From: an uncultured Rickettsiales bacterium
Lineage (GTDB): Bacteria > Myxococcota_A > UBA796 > UBA9615
Assembly (NCBI GenBank): GCA_964512225.1
Contig: CAZEKB010000033.1
Span: forward strand, 424-64,423
Length of the DNA stretch: 64,000 bases
Direction: 5' to 3'
Below the pieces are notes generated by a model. The model saw nothing but the letters and a program-made list of their open reading frames with translations. It was not told the origin of the DNA and did no database searches. The position numbers and the translations under genes are program-made. Each line of letters opens with the position of its first letter. The stretch's first letter is position 1. Positions 9,405 through 19,215 of this stretch are shown here, piece after piece.

Positions 9405-11033
9405 GTGCTGCGCACCCTCCTGGCTTCGCTCGTCGCGCTGGCGCCGGCCTCCGCGGCGGCCGTCACCATGACCCTCGTGGCGGAGGATTCGCCGTACCCG
9501 GGCGTGGTGTATCGGCAGTACCGCACGTCGAACCCGGGGACCGACACCTGGGTCACGCTCGTCGATCTCTGCGCCGACCGCGTGGAGGTCACGGCCACGC
9601 GCCCTACGACCTCGCGCCGGAGCACCGGGTCCTGGGCGGCGGACGTGGGCGTGCAGGTGGCGACCAACGGGGACTTCTACCGGACGTCCCCCGTGCTGCG
9701 TGTCTACGGCGACGCCGCGGGCGGGGGCGTCCCGTGGCCGCTCGAGCAGACCGGCGCCGACCCGCAGTACGCCTTCGAGTGGTTCTACGAGCGCTACGGC
9801 TGGATCGCGTTCGGACCCGACTGGGTCGAGTTCACGCACACCGGCTGGGTGAAGGACCACGCCGCCGACTTCGGGGGCCTGGACGAGGGGTGGCGCAACG
9901 ACGTCGCCCGGCCGCCGCTGCCCGCGGGCACGCTCGCCCTCGTCTCGGGCTTCCCCGAGCTCGTCGTCGAGGGCGCGCCGATCGAGTGTCCGTCGGCCAC
10001 CGACGACTCGTGCTTCCCGGACCGCACCGACATGCGCTCGCGCCACCCCCGCACGGCCATGGGCCTCACCCAGGACCGGACCACGTTCATCCTCGTGACC
10101 GTGGACGGACGCACCGGGTCGTCCGCGGGCATGTTCGGCCTCGAGCTCGTGGACGTGCTCCACCAGCTCGGGGCGTGGACGGCCTTCAACGTCGACGGCG
10201 GCGGCAGCAGCCAGATGTGGCTGGAGGACCGCGGCTACGCCAACAACTACGGCGGCAACAACGGCGGAGGCGCCCGCGCCGTCGCCAACCACTGGGGGGT
10301 CTTCGCGGGCACGCAAGGCGCGCGCCCCGTCCGCCCCGCTCACTGCGCGGACCAGCCGCCGTGCACCACCCTGCCCCCGGAGGGGGGGATCCTCGACGAG
10401 GCGGGGGCGTGCTTCCGCAGCTTCGGGCCCCCCCAGTACTGGCGCGAGGAGGCCGCGGGGTGGGACGGGCGGCTCCTGTGGACCAACGCGTTCCAGGCGG
10501 ACCACCCGAGCAACTGGGCGTGGTGGACGATCGACCCGGCCGACGCGGGGGAGTACCTCGTGGAGGTCTTCGTCGAGCCCGACTTCGCGGCGTACGGAGC
10601 CGCGGCGTACACCGTGCGCGCCGACGCCGGGGACACCGAGGTCGTGGTCGACCTGGGCGCGGCGGACGGGTGGACGAGCCTCGGCGCCTTCGACTTCGCC
10701 GCGGGCGGGGGCCAGTGGGTGTCGATTCGGGACGACTCGCCGACCGCCGTGCCCGCGGACCAGCACATCCCCGCCGACGCCGTCCGTCTCACGCGGCTCG
10801 ACCTCCCGGACCCCGGCGACGACGACGACGCGAGCGACGACGACGACGCGGGGGACGACGACGACGCGAGCGACGACGACGACTCGGGGGGCGGCCCGAT
10901 CGAACCCGGGACGCCGGTCTCGACCCGCCCGCCCGAAGACGGCTGCGCCTGCGACCGCACCCCCACCTGGACGGCCCTCCCGCTCGCGGTGCTCCTCGTC
11001 CCGCGCCGCCGGCGCCGGGATTGCGGCCGCTAA
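9405..11033 (+). CDS. Secreted phosphodiester glycosidase (DUF2233/NAGPA-like) with golvesin-like domain and MYXO-CTERM-like tail
   Basis: A.NGDF, HPRTAMG, VTVDGR, NVDGGGSS; C-terminal GC.C-hydrophobic-RRRR. Confidence 0.85.
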   Translation: MLRTLLASLVALAPASAAAVTMTLVAEDSPYPGVVYRQYRTSNPGTDTWVTLVDLCADRVEVTATRPTTSRRSTGSWAADVGVQVATNGDFYRTSPVLRVYGDAAGGGVPWPLEQTGADPQYAFEWFYERYGWIAFGPDWVEFTHTGWVKDHAADFGGLDEGWRNDVARPPLPAGTLALVSGFPELVVEGAPIECPSATDDSCFPDRTDMRSRHPRTAMGLTQDRTTFILVTVDGRTGSSAGMFGLELVDVLHQLGAWTAFNVDGGGSSQMWLEDRGYANNYGGNNGGGARAVANHWGVFAGTQGARPVRPAHCADQPPCTTLPPEGGILDEAGACFRSFGPPQYWREEAAGWDGRLLWTNAFQADHPSNWAWWTIDPADAGEYLVEVFVEPDFAAYGAAAYTVRADAGDTEVVVDLGAADGWTSLGAFDFAAGGGQWVSIRDDSPTAVPADQHIPADAVRLTRLDLPDPGDDDDASDDDDAGDDDDASDDDDSGGGPIEPGTPVSTRPPEDGCACDRTPTWTALPLAVLLVPRRRRRDCGR

Positions 11034-11118
11034 CAATACTATTCTGCAAAGAACATATGGATTGAGCATCCAATAGTTCCGGCCCATGCTCCGAGTACCC
11101 ACCCGAACCGGAGCTGTC

Positions 11119-12207
11119 ATGCGTCCCTCTCGTCTCCTCATCGCCTTCGCCCTCACCGCCGCCGCCTGCGCCGGCGCGGACACCGACGCGCCGGTCGTCT
11201 CCAACGAGCCCGTCGCGGGCGGAGCCGACCTCGGCGTCTGCGGGGGCGGCGACCTCGTCACCGTCGCCACGGTCGAGAACCGCCACGGGGAGGTCCTCGC
11301 CGCCCACGTGGGCGCCTCGGGCATGGTCGGTGTCGCGTCGGAGGACCAGACGCTCAAGTTCTGGGACGCCCGCACCGGGGAGCTCGCCGGGGCGGTCGAG
11401 GGCTTCATGTACATGCCCGCCTTCGAGGTCGGGTCCGACCTCACCGCGGTCGCCGTCGACCGGACGGGGGCCCTCGCCGCGAGCGGGGAGTCCACCGGCC
11501 GGGTCGCCGTCTGGCGCGTGGAGAACTCCGAGCTGGTGCAGGCCTTCGGGGACGCCGAGGCGCCGGTCCTGGCCGTCGCGTTCGCCCCCGGCGGCGGGCA
11601 GGTCGCGAGCGCCGACGCGAGCTTCGGCGGCGCCGTGGGCATCCGGGACATCGACTCGGGCACCACGATCGCCGCGGGCGACGGCAACCTGTGGGAGGTC
11701 GCTCACCTCGCCTTCTCGCCCGAGGGCGAGTCCGTCGCCGTCACCGGGCACATCTACGGATCGCCCGCCGTCGACGTGATCTCGTCGGCGTTCCCCACCG
11801 CGTCGATGGGCCTGTGGGAGAGCCTGGACCTGCAGATCGAGCACGGCCGTATCGGGGCCCGGGCGGCCGCCTGGAGCCCCGACGGGAGCCGCGTCGTGGT
11901 CGTGGGCGACCGGTTCGCCGCCGTGCTCGACGTGGAGCGCCGCTCTTCGTCGTTCATCGAGGAGGCAACCGCGCTCGCGCTGTTCGACGACCACGATCCC
12001 GTGGACGTCTCGGTGGACCCCACGGGCGCCTGGATCACGACCGTCGGGGCCGAGGGCGACCTGCGCTTCCACACGCTCGAAGACCTCGCTCCGCTGGGCG
12101 GCACGGCCCTCGGGGAGCCCGTCGCGGTGGGGCTCGCCGCCGAGGCGTCGCGGGTGGCGGCCGTCCACCGGGACGGCACCGTCGAGCTCCTCGCCTGCGC
12201 GGAGTGA
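11119..12207 (+). CDS. WD40-repeat lipoprotein
   Basis: SEDQTLKFWD, V.AVAF.PGG, LAFSPEG, AAWSPDG repeats; AAAC lipobox. Confidence 0.8.
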   Translation: MRPSRLLIAFALTAAACAGADTDAPVVSNEPVAGGADLGVCGGGDLVTVATVENRHGEVLAAHVGASGMVGVASEDQTLKFWDARTGELAGAVEGFMYMPAFEVGSDLTAVAVDRTGALAASGESTGRVAVWRVENSELVQAFGDAEAPVLAVAFAPGGGQVASADASFGGAVGIRDIDSGTTIAAGDGNLWEVAHLAFSPEGESVAVTGHIYGSPAVDVISSAFPTASMGLWESLDLQIEHGRIGARAAAWSPDGSRVVVVGDRFAAVLDVERRSSSFIEEATALALFDDHDPVDVSVDPTGAWITTVGAEGDLRFHTLEDLAPLGGTALGEPVAVGLAAEASRVAAVHRDGTVELLACAE

Positions 12208-12210
12208 CCC

Positions 12211-14868
12211 TCAGCGGTCTCCGCAGACGTAGCTCGTCCAGCCCGGCGTCGACTGGGTGCAGGTGACGTCGTCCCAGTCGCCGCCGTTGGCGTCCAGCAC
12301 CGCGCACTGGTTGCCGCCGCCGCCGCCGTCGGGCTGCCCGGGACCCCAGTTGGTGTAGGACACGCCGGAGCCGTCGGACCACGCGAACGTGCCCGGGGTC
12401 GATTGGTCGGTGAAGCCGATCCACGGGTCCTGGTTCAAGCCCCCGGCGGCCGTGACCAGGCTGATGACGAACGCCTCCTCTCCGGCCGTGAGGACCGACG
12501 CCAGGCCCTGGTACCCGGCGGTCTGGCAGGCCGTCTCGCCCTCGGACCACCCCCCGTTGTCCTCGCAGAACACGAAGTACGCGCCCGTGAGGTCGCCCGC
12601 TTCGCAGTCGAGGCCGTCGCAGTCGGTGTCCGCTCCCCCCAGGGTGTCCCCGGACAGCGGCGCGACCCCGGGATCGGCGTCGTCGCAGTCGCCGTAGTCC
12701 GCGACGTACCCCGCGGGCTGCGCGCACGCCACGACCGAGTTGTAGAAGTCGCCGAAGCCGTCGCCGTCGCCGTCGAAGTACCAGGTCGAGGCGAGGCACA
12801 CCGTCGCGGAGGCCGTGGCCGAGGGCCCGAAGTCCATCCCGTCGGTGGGCGTCGCGGTGCACTCCCACAGGTCGGCGTCCGCGGTCGCGGAGGCGGGCAC
12901 GGCGTCGGACACGTAGGCCGTGACCGTGCCGTTGAGCGTCCACTCGAAGTCGTACGTCACGGTCTGCAGGTCGAGATCCGTGGACGGCGTCGTGATCGTG
13001 CAGAGCAGGTCGTCGCCGACGTCCGGCGTGGCGGGCGCGATCGCGACCCCGGGGGCCGTGGGCGGCGTGTTGGCGACGGCCAGGGGAGCGGACGCGACGG
13101 GAACGCCCACGAGCGTGCCGTCCGACGGGGTGACGATGCACACGACGTCGTCGCCGAGGTCGAACCCCGGCGGCTGAATGCCCGAGTGCACCGGACCCGT
13201 CTGGATCGACGGCGCGCCGCTGATCTCCCAGGTGTACTCGAGGGTGATCGCGTCCCCGTCGGCGTCCGTCGTGGTGCCGGGCGCGCACGTCGCGTTCGAG
13301 TCGGTGTACAGCAGCGCCGGGCCGACGCTCGGGGTGGTCGTCACGGGGGCCGAGTTCAGGACGGTCACGGTCGCGGTGGCGGGCAGCGAGCTGACGAAGC
13401 CGTCGGACGCGGTGACGGTAACGGTCCACGTCTCGTCCCGGGCGGTGCTGGTGGCGGGCACGGTCATGGAGCCGGTGAGGCCGGCTTGCGCCGCCCCGTC
13501 GACGTCCCAGGTCCAGATGTAGGAGATCGCCCCGCCCTCCGGACCGGTGGACTCCACGAGCAGGCTCGCCACGAGGTCGTCGACGGTGGTCGGCGCGGCG
13601 GGCTCCAAGCCGACGGTCGGGGGTGACGGCGCGCCGTCGACGGTGATGGTGATCGCCGCCTCGCCGAGGTACCCGTCGTCGTCTACGGCGCTCAGCGTGA
13701 TCCGATGCTCGCCCAGGGACAGCGCGGGCGCGCTCAGGCTCACGGCCCCCTGGGCGTCCGCCCGGGACGACCCGAGCCAGCCGTCGAGGTCGCTCTCCCA
13801 GTTCACCGCGAGGTCGCCCGGCGGGTCCTCGTAGTCCGACACCGTCCCTTCGAACAGGACGCCCGCGAGGTCCGCCACGAAGGCCCCGTCCGCCGGGCTC
13901 GTGATGGCCACGTCCGGCACTCCGATCACGGCGATGTCCGCCGAATCCACGCACTCGACGCCCACTTCATCGATCACGGTCATGAGGACGGTGTCCGACC
14001 CCGCCGGAAGATCGGTCGTGAGCAGGCTCACCGCGCCCCCCCCGCTGGGGGTGCTCGTGCCCAGGTCGACCCCCGACCCGGTCGACCAGTGCACGGTCAG
14101 GCGGTCCGAGGACACGTCCTCGTCCGTGGCCGTCCCCCGGAGCTCGACCTCGGTGAACTGGAGGATCTCGGCGCCGTCCTCCGGGGCCGTCAGCTCGCAC
14201 TCCGGCGGGTGGTTGGGGCCGCCCACGGCGAGCGTGATCGTCTGCTCCACGCGGTTGCCCGCCGTGTCCGCTGCCGAGACCACGAGGACGTAGCTGCCCA
14301 TGGCCAGCGTCTCGGCGAAGGCCTGCGCTCCCCCGTCGTCGGGCGGGCCGCTGTGCAGGAGGGTGTCGTCCAGTCGCCACTCCAGCAGGAGGTCTTCCGC
14401 CGCGTCCTCGGGATCCGAGGCGACCGCGGAGAACAGCACCGGGAAGTCGTCGTGGAAGACGCCGTCGGGGCCGGGCGACAGGACCTCGAGCTCCGGCGGC
14501 AGGTCCGCGACGACGGTCACCGAGACCGTGTCCGTGCCGGAGACGCGCAGGGGGTCGACGGCCCGCAGCGTGATGTCGTGGACGCCGGCGGGCAGCGCGA
14601 CCGTGACCTGGGAGCCGCGATCGACCGGCGCGCCGGTCGCCAGCGTCCCGTCCAGCGACGACGACCAGGTGAGGTCGAGCGCTCCGGTGTTCCCGCCGGG
14701 ATCCCGGACGACCGCCCGGAAGACGATCGCGATCCCTTCGGCGTGGACCGAGCCCGACTCGGGCTCGACGATCGAGACGTTCGGGGGAGCGTTGATGATG
14801 CCGACGGCCCCGTCGGAGCAGGCGAGCGCGGGGAGGAGGAGGAGGAAGAGGAGGGGTTGGCGGCGCAT
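12211..14868 (-). CDS. Surface lipoprotein with Ig/PKD-like repeats and a C-terminal C-type lectin domain
   Basis: ALAC lipobox; repeated NxPP...I..P, D.ED....L...W.S..DG.L modules; WY.D.DGDGFG; WIGF.D....G.F.WSDG...Y.NW...QP, W.D..C. Confidence 0.85.
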   Translation of the reverse strand: MRRQPLLFLLLLPALACSDGAVGIINAPPNVSIVEPESGSVHAEGIAIVFRAVVRDPGGNTGALDLTWSSSLDGTLATGAPVDRGSQVTVALPAGVHDITLRAVDPLRVSGTDTVSVTVVADLPPELEVLSPGPDGVFHDDFPVLFSAVASDPEDAAEDLLLEWRLDDTLLHSGPPDDGGAQAFAETLAMGSYVLVVSAADTAGNRVEQTITLAVGGPNHPPECELTAPEDGAEILQFTEVELRGTATDEDVSSDRLTVHWSTGSGVDLGTSTPSGGGAVSLLTTDLPAGSDTVLMTVIDEVGVECVDSADIAVIGVPDVAITSPADGAFVADLAGVLFEGTVSDYEDPPGDLAVNWESDLDGWLGSSRADAQGAVSLSAPALSLGEHRITLSAVDDDGYLGEAAITITVDGAPSPPTVGLEPAAPTTVDDLVASLLVESTGPEGGAISYIWTWDVDGAAQAGLTGSMTVPATSTARDETWTVTVTASDGFVSSLPATATVTVLNSAPVTTTPSVGPALLYTDSNATCAPGTTTDADGDAITLEYTWEISGAPSIQTGPVHSGIQPPGFDLGDDVVCIVTPSDGTLVGVPVASAPLAVANTPPTAPGVAIAPATPDVGDDLLCTITTPSTDLDLQTVTYDFEWTLNGTVTAYVSDAVPASATADADLWECTATPTDGMDFGPSATASATVCLASTWYFDGDGDGFGDFYNSVVACAQPAGYVADYGDCDDADPGVAPLSGDTLGGADTDCDGLDCEAGDLTGAYFVFCEDNGGWSEGETACQTAGYQGLASVLTAGEEAFVISLVTAAGGLNQDPWIGFTDQSTPGTFAWSDGSGVSYTNWGPGQPDGGGGGNQCAVLDANGGDWDDVTCTQSTPGWTSYVCGDR

Positions 14869-15052
14869 GCAGGTCCCGTTGTCGGCGCGCGCCGGGCGCG
14901 CGGGATCGAGGCTAGAACGCCGCGCCTCCCCGAGCCGGAGACGGGATGTGCGAATCTCCACCTGGTGAGGTCGCGGCGTTTTCCCATCGATGCGCGTTCG
15001 AACCCCGACGGCCGGGCCGCCGCGCCCCGGGTTCGCCCCGGGGTCTTCGGCG

Positions 15053-15640
15053 GTGGCGTGGAGGCCCGTTGACCGACCGCCCGGACGCCTGGTGGTGAAG
15101 CTGCGCGAAGACCGGGGCATGCAGTCGGCGCGGATCGGCGGCGGCGGCGGCCCGGCGGCGGCCTGGGGCGCGCTGTGGGGCGACGGCTTCGTGACCATCG
15201 AGTCCTGGACCGCGGTCCGCAACCCGCGTCCCCCGCTGCGTGGGCTGTACGTCGCGGGCTCCCTCGGGATCGGGGTCGGGCCCTCGCTCCGCGACCTCGA
15301 CCGGCTCGTGCGACGCGGCCGGGGCATCTTCCAGGCGGGCGCCGAGGTCGGGCTCAGCCGCGACATCCGTCGGCTGCGCCTGCGCGCGGGGTGGGCGTTC
15401 CGACTCACGCTCCTGCCCCCCGCCAAGGCCGACGGCGCCGCGCCCGCCGCCCCCGACGAGGCGGGCTGGTTCTTCGGCAGCATGGGCCCCGTCGGCGCGG
15501 TCGGCGTGGTCCTCGACGGCCGCGGCGCGTTCGTGGTGACGGGTTCTCTGCAGGGCGCGCCCCTCGACACCACCGGAGCCGGGGTGGTGCCGGTGCTCCC
15601 CTTCGGGACGATCACCGCCGGTCTCGAGCTCGGCTTCTGA
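15053..15640 (+). CDS. Hypothetical protein, possibly outer-membrane beta-barrel-like
   Basis: Amphipathic strands, terminal Phe (LELGF), stop overlaps the next ATG; start uncertain. Confidence 0.5.
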   Translation: MAWRPVDRPPGRLVVKLREDRGMQSARIGGGGGPAAAWGALWGDGFVTIESWTAVRNPRPPLRGLYVAGSLGIGVGPSLRDLDRLVRRGRGIFQAGAEVGLSRDIRRLRLRAGWAFRLTLLPPAKADGAAPAAPDEAGWFFGSMGPVGAVGVVLDGRGAFVVTGSLQGAPLDTTGAGVVPVLPFGTITAGLELGF

Positions 15641-16527
15641 TGGGGCGGGGGGCCTGCCTCGCGGCCGCGTGGCTGCTGGCGCCCGGCGCGGCGGCCGCCG
15701 CGACGGGCGGGCCCGACGCGTTCGGCTACACCTTCATCGACTCCGTGGAGCCCGACGGGCCGGAGTTCGGCTGGGCGCAGACGAGCGGGCAGGTGAACGT
15801 GCCCACCGGCGGCATGGTGTCGGTCCCGCTCCCGTTCGGGTTCGAGTTCTACGGCACGGAGTACAGCTCGGTCGGCGTCGGCGACGACGGCGTCCTCGTC
15901 TTCGCGGGCGACTACCCGGGCGCGCTCCAGCAGTGCCTCCCGGACCTCGACGGGGCTGTCGTCCTGCCCTTGTGGGACCTCCTCGACTCCGCGCTGGGCG
16001 ACGTGCGAACCCGCAACCTCGCCAACGAGGACCCCGCCTACTTCGTCGTGCACTACGACGAGGTCGGGCACGGCCTCAGCGAGCAGGACGTCTCCGTCCA
16101 GGTGCGCCTCTACGAGACGGGTGTGATCGAGTTCCACTACCTCGTCGTCGTCGCCGCGGGCGGGGGTGGAACCTCGACCGTGGGCATCGAGGACGGGGCC
16201 GAGGGCGCGCTGCAGTACGCCTGCGACCAGCCCTTGTTGGGCGACGGGTCCGCGGTCCGGTTCATCCCTCCGGGGGTGGTCGTCGGAGACGACGACGACG
16301 ACGACTCGGGCGACGACGACGACGACTCGGGCGACGACGACGACTCGGGCGACGACGACGACGCGGCCGACGACGACGACTCGGGCGACGTGGTCTTGGA
16401 CCCGACGGCCGAGGACGGCTGCCAGTCCGAGTGTCGGGGGTTGGGAGTGCGCTTCGGCGCGTTGCCGCTCTTCGCCGTGCTCGGCGTCGGGCTCAGTCGT
16501 CGTCGAGGCGTGCCCCGTCGGGCCTGA
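15640..16527 (+). CDS. Secreted nidogen-like domain protein with Asp-rich linker and MYXO-CTERM-like tail
   Basis: GGPDAFGY..IDS, V.LPF.F.FYG..Y, LWD.L; (GDDDDDS)n; GC...C-hydrophobic-RRR. Confidence 0.75.
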   Translation: MGRGACLAAAWLLAPGAAAAATGGPDAFGYTFIDSVEPDGPEFGWAQTSGQVNVPTGGMVSVPLPFGFEFYGTEYSSVGVGDDGVLVFAGDYPGALQQCLPDLDGAVVLPLWDLLDSALGDVRTRNLANEDPAYFVVHYDEVGHGLSEQDVSVQVRLYETGVIEFHYLVVVAAGGGGTSTVGIEDGAEGALQYACDQPLLGDGSAVRFIPPGVVVGDDDDDDSGDDDDDSGDDDDSGDDDDAADDDDSGDVVLDPTAEDGCQSECRGLGVRFGALPLFAVLGVGLSRRRGVPRRA

Positions 16528-16844
16528 CGGGCGGCCGGGCCTGCGTCACGGCCCCTCCGGCGAGGGTGATCGGCTCGGCCGGTGTCGGTCGGGGACCCCG
16601 AGGCCGCGACGGGCGCCGCCTCCCGGGGGTAGTCTCCCGGCGCGACAAGGGGAGCAGCGGCTCGCGGCCGACGACGTCGGCCCCCACGTACAGGCTGGGG
16701 AGCAGCAGCGGGGGCAGCGCCGCGGGGTCGTCGTGACGATCCTGCATACCCTGAGAACGCCGGTGGAGCCGCCGGCGGAGAGGTCTCGCGGCAAAAAGAT
16801 CCAGCGGCCTCCGGCGGGGGACTCCGCCGAGCAAAAAGGGCGGC

Positions 16845-17987
16845 ATGATGCGGCCCATGTCCGTCCCTCTCGTCGTCGTCGTGCTGGCCGCGCTCGGCGC
16901 GGGGCTCGCCGGCTACGCCGTGCGGGGGCTCCAGCACCGACGGTGGGGGTCCCCCGATCACGGGGAGCTCGAGCGCCTCGGGGTGGAGCTCGCCGCGTCG
17001 CGCGACCGCTTCCGCACCATCGTCGAGACCATGACCGCGGGCGTCGTGGCTCGGGACGTGGACGGGGGCCTGCTCGCCGTCAACTCGGCCGCTCGGCGGC
17101 TGCTCGGCGTCGAGGACCGGGAGGGGGCGCCGGCGTCGGCCAAGCTGCTCGAGCGGCTCCCGCTGCTGGCGTCCACCGCGTCCGAGGGGGAGCTCGCGCT
17201 CGACTACGGCCCCGGTCCGCCGCGCACGGTCTCGGTGCTCGCGGGGACATCCCCCGACGGCGCGCGCGTCGTCGTCCTGCACGACATCACGGAGCAGCGG
17301 CGGACGGAGCGGATCCGCCGCGACTTCGTGGCCAACGCGTCTCACGAGCTGCGTACGCCGGTCGCGGTTCTGCAGGCCAACGCGGAGACCCTGCTGGACG
17401 GCGCGCTGGAGGATCCGGCCGCGGCCCGCGGCTTCGTGGAGGGCATGGACCGCCACGCCCGTCGCCTGTCGGCCCTGCTCGGGGACCTGCTCGACCTCTC
17501 TCGCATCGAGGCGGGCAGCTACGCGGTGGAGGCCCAGGCTCTGGACGTCGCCGCGGCCTTCGAGCGCGCCCGCGACGCCCTCGCCCGGCGCGCGGGGGAC
17601 GAGGGCGTGGCCGTGGAGGTGGACGTGTCCGACGGTCTCCTCGTCAAGGGCGACCTCCAGGCCCTGGACCAGGTGCTCGTGAACCTCATCGACAACGCGC
17701 TGAAGTACTCGCCCGCCGACACCATCGTGAGGCTCGTCGGGCGCGCTTCGGGGCCTCGGGTGCGGCTCGAGGTGCGCGACGCCGGCCCCGGCATCGCCGA
17801 GGAGCAGCGGGCCCGCCTCTTCGAGCGCTTCTACCGCGTGGATCCCGGGCGCGACCGGAGCATGGGCGGGACCGGGCTCGGCCTCGCGATCGTCAAGCAC
17901 CTGTCCTCGGTCATGGGCGGCACCGTCGGCATGGAGCCCAACGCGCCCCGGGGGTCGGTGTTCTGGGTGTCGTTGCCTGCGCCGTGA
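16845..17987 (+). CDS. PhoR-like sensor histidine kinase
   Basis: TM helix, PAS-like region, RRDFVANASHELRTP (H box), NLIDNA, D.GPGI, FERFYRVD..R.R..GGTGLGLAIVKH. Confidence 0.9.
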   Translation: MMRPMSVPLVVVVLAALGAGLAGYAVRGLQHRRWGSPDHGELERLGVELAASRDRFRTIVETMTAGVVARDVDGGLLAVNSAARRLLGVEDREGAPASAKLLERLPLLASTASEGELALDYGPGPPRTVSVLAGTSPDGARVVVLHDITEQRRTERIRRDFVANASHELRTPVAVLQANAETLLDGALEDPAAARGFVEGMDRHARRLSALLGDLLDLSRIEAGSYAVEAQALDVAAAFERARDALARRAGDEGVAVEVDVSDGLLVKGDLQALDQVLVNLIDNALKYSPADTIVRLVGRASGPRVRLEVRDAGPGIAEEQRARLFERFYRVDPGRDRSMGGTGLGLAIVKHLSSVMGGTVGMEPNAPRGSVFWVSLPAP

Positions 17988-18003
17988 CCGCTAGAGTCCG
18001 GGA

Positions 18004-19209
18004 ATGAAGATCGCCCTGGTCGCCCTCGCCGCGTCGCTCATCCCCGCCTCCGCGTCCGCGGCCGACTGCTTCCGGCAGACCAAGGTCGAGATCGGTCCCT
18101 ACAGCCCCACCGTCTTCGAGCCGTCCCCCGACGGCAGCGTGTGGCGCATCGCCGACGACCGGCAGCCCGGCGCCGTGATCCTCCACGGCCACCAGAGCGC
18201 GACGATCGAGCGCGACGCTCACCGGGCCGAGGTGGCCTGGTCGGCGCCACCGCAGGTGTGGTGCACCGACGGCGAGGTCGAGCTCCGCGCCACGTTCTCG
18301 GGCGACCACGGCGGCATGGTCTACGACAGCAACCCCGTCTCCTCGATCGTCGCCACGGTGGAGCCCACGCCGCCGATCCCCCTCACCGGGTACGGCGGCA
18401 CGAAGTCGTTCTTCCACAACGGAGGCAGCGGCCCGACGACCATGGACGGCGTCGTGCGCGTCGTGCCGCGGGGCGGGAGCAACCCCTGGTGGATGCGCGC
18501 CCGGGTGGACATGGGCAACGGCCAGTGGGTCGGCGTGACCTGGCACTACGAGCCCGTTACGGACGCGAGCGGGACGTCCGCGCCCTCGCCGCCCCCGGGG
18601 CTGGGGGCCGGGACCGGCGGCGTGGTCGCGGGGGCCGTCGCGGCCCAGGACGACGACGCGCACGATCACGACGACCGGGACGACGATCGGGACGACGACG
18701 ACGACCGCGACGACGACGACGACGACGACGACCGCAGCTACCTCGGCGACGTGAACGCGGGCTGGTTCCACGTCGGGGGCGGCTTCGGGTTCGCCCTGAG
18801 CCCCTTCGCCGAGGTCCTCCTCCCCGGCGGGAGGTTCACCCTCGGCCTCGGCGCCTATACCTTCATGCTGTACGGGGGCGGCGGCTTCGACATCGACTTC
18901 CAGCCGAACACGCCGTTCCGGTTCCTCGGGCAGGCCTACGTCGGCGTCGCGATCCCGATCCCCGTCTTCCACCCGATGTTCGGCTTCAAGATCGCGGGCG
19001 GCCCGTCGGTCCTGCTGAACGCCGAGGTCGCGCTCCCCTACCCGACGGTGTCCGTGGGCGGGCAGGCGGGGTTCATCGTCCGCAAGTTCGACGGGGGGCC
19101 CGGCTTCCGGTTCATGGTGGAGCCCGCCTACGTGGAGACGGGCTACTACCTCCCCGGCGAGGGCGAGGGCGGCTTCGAGATCTGGTTCACGTTCGCCGCG
19201 GTGATGTAG
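18004..19209 (+). CDS. Hypothetical secreted protein (N-terminal domain, Asp/Arg-rich linker, beta-barrel-like C-terminus)
   Basis: Signal peptide; DDRDDD tract; aromatic and Gly-rich amphipathic C-terminus. Confidence 0.7.
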   Translation: MKIALVALAASLIPASASAADCFRQTKVEIGPYSPTVFEPSPDGSVWRIADDRQPGAVILHGHQSATIERDAHRAEVAWSAPPQVWCTDGEVELRATFSGDHGGMVYDSNPVSSIVATVEPTPPIPLTGYGGTKSFFHNGGSGPTTMDGVVRVVPRGGSNPWWMRARVDMGNGQWVGVTWHYEPVTDASGTSAPSPPPGLGAGTGGVVAGAVAAQDDDAHDHDDRDDDRDDDDDRDDDDDDDDRSYLGDVNAGWFHVGGGFGFALSPFAEVLLPGGRFTLGLGAYTFMLYGGGGFDIDFQPNTPFRFLGQAYVGVAIPIPVFHPMFGFKIAGGPSVLLNAEVALPYPTVSVGGQAGFIVRKFDGGPGFRFMVEPAYVETGYYLPGEGEGGFEIWFTFAAVM

Positions 19210-19215
19210 CCCCGC

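Noticed and set aside
14870-15060. tRNA or tRNA-Sec-like structure around GTTCGAACCCC
   Set aside because: Only a T-loop-like word; I could not build an acceptor stem or anticodon arm
16528-16844. Riboswitch upstream of the PhoR-like kinase (repeated GCAAAAAG)
   Set aside because: No convincing match to c-di-GMP or other aptamers by eye; would need an Rfam/Infernal search
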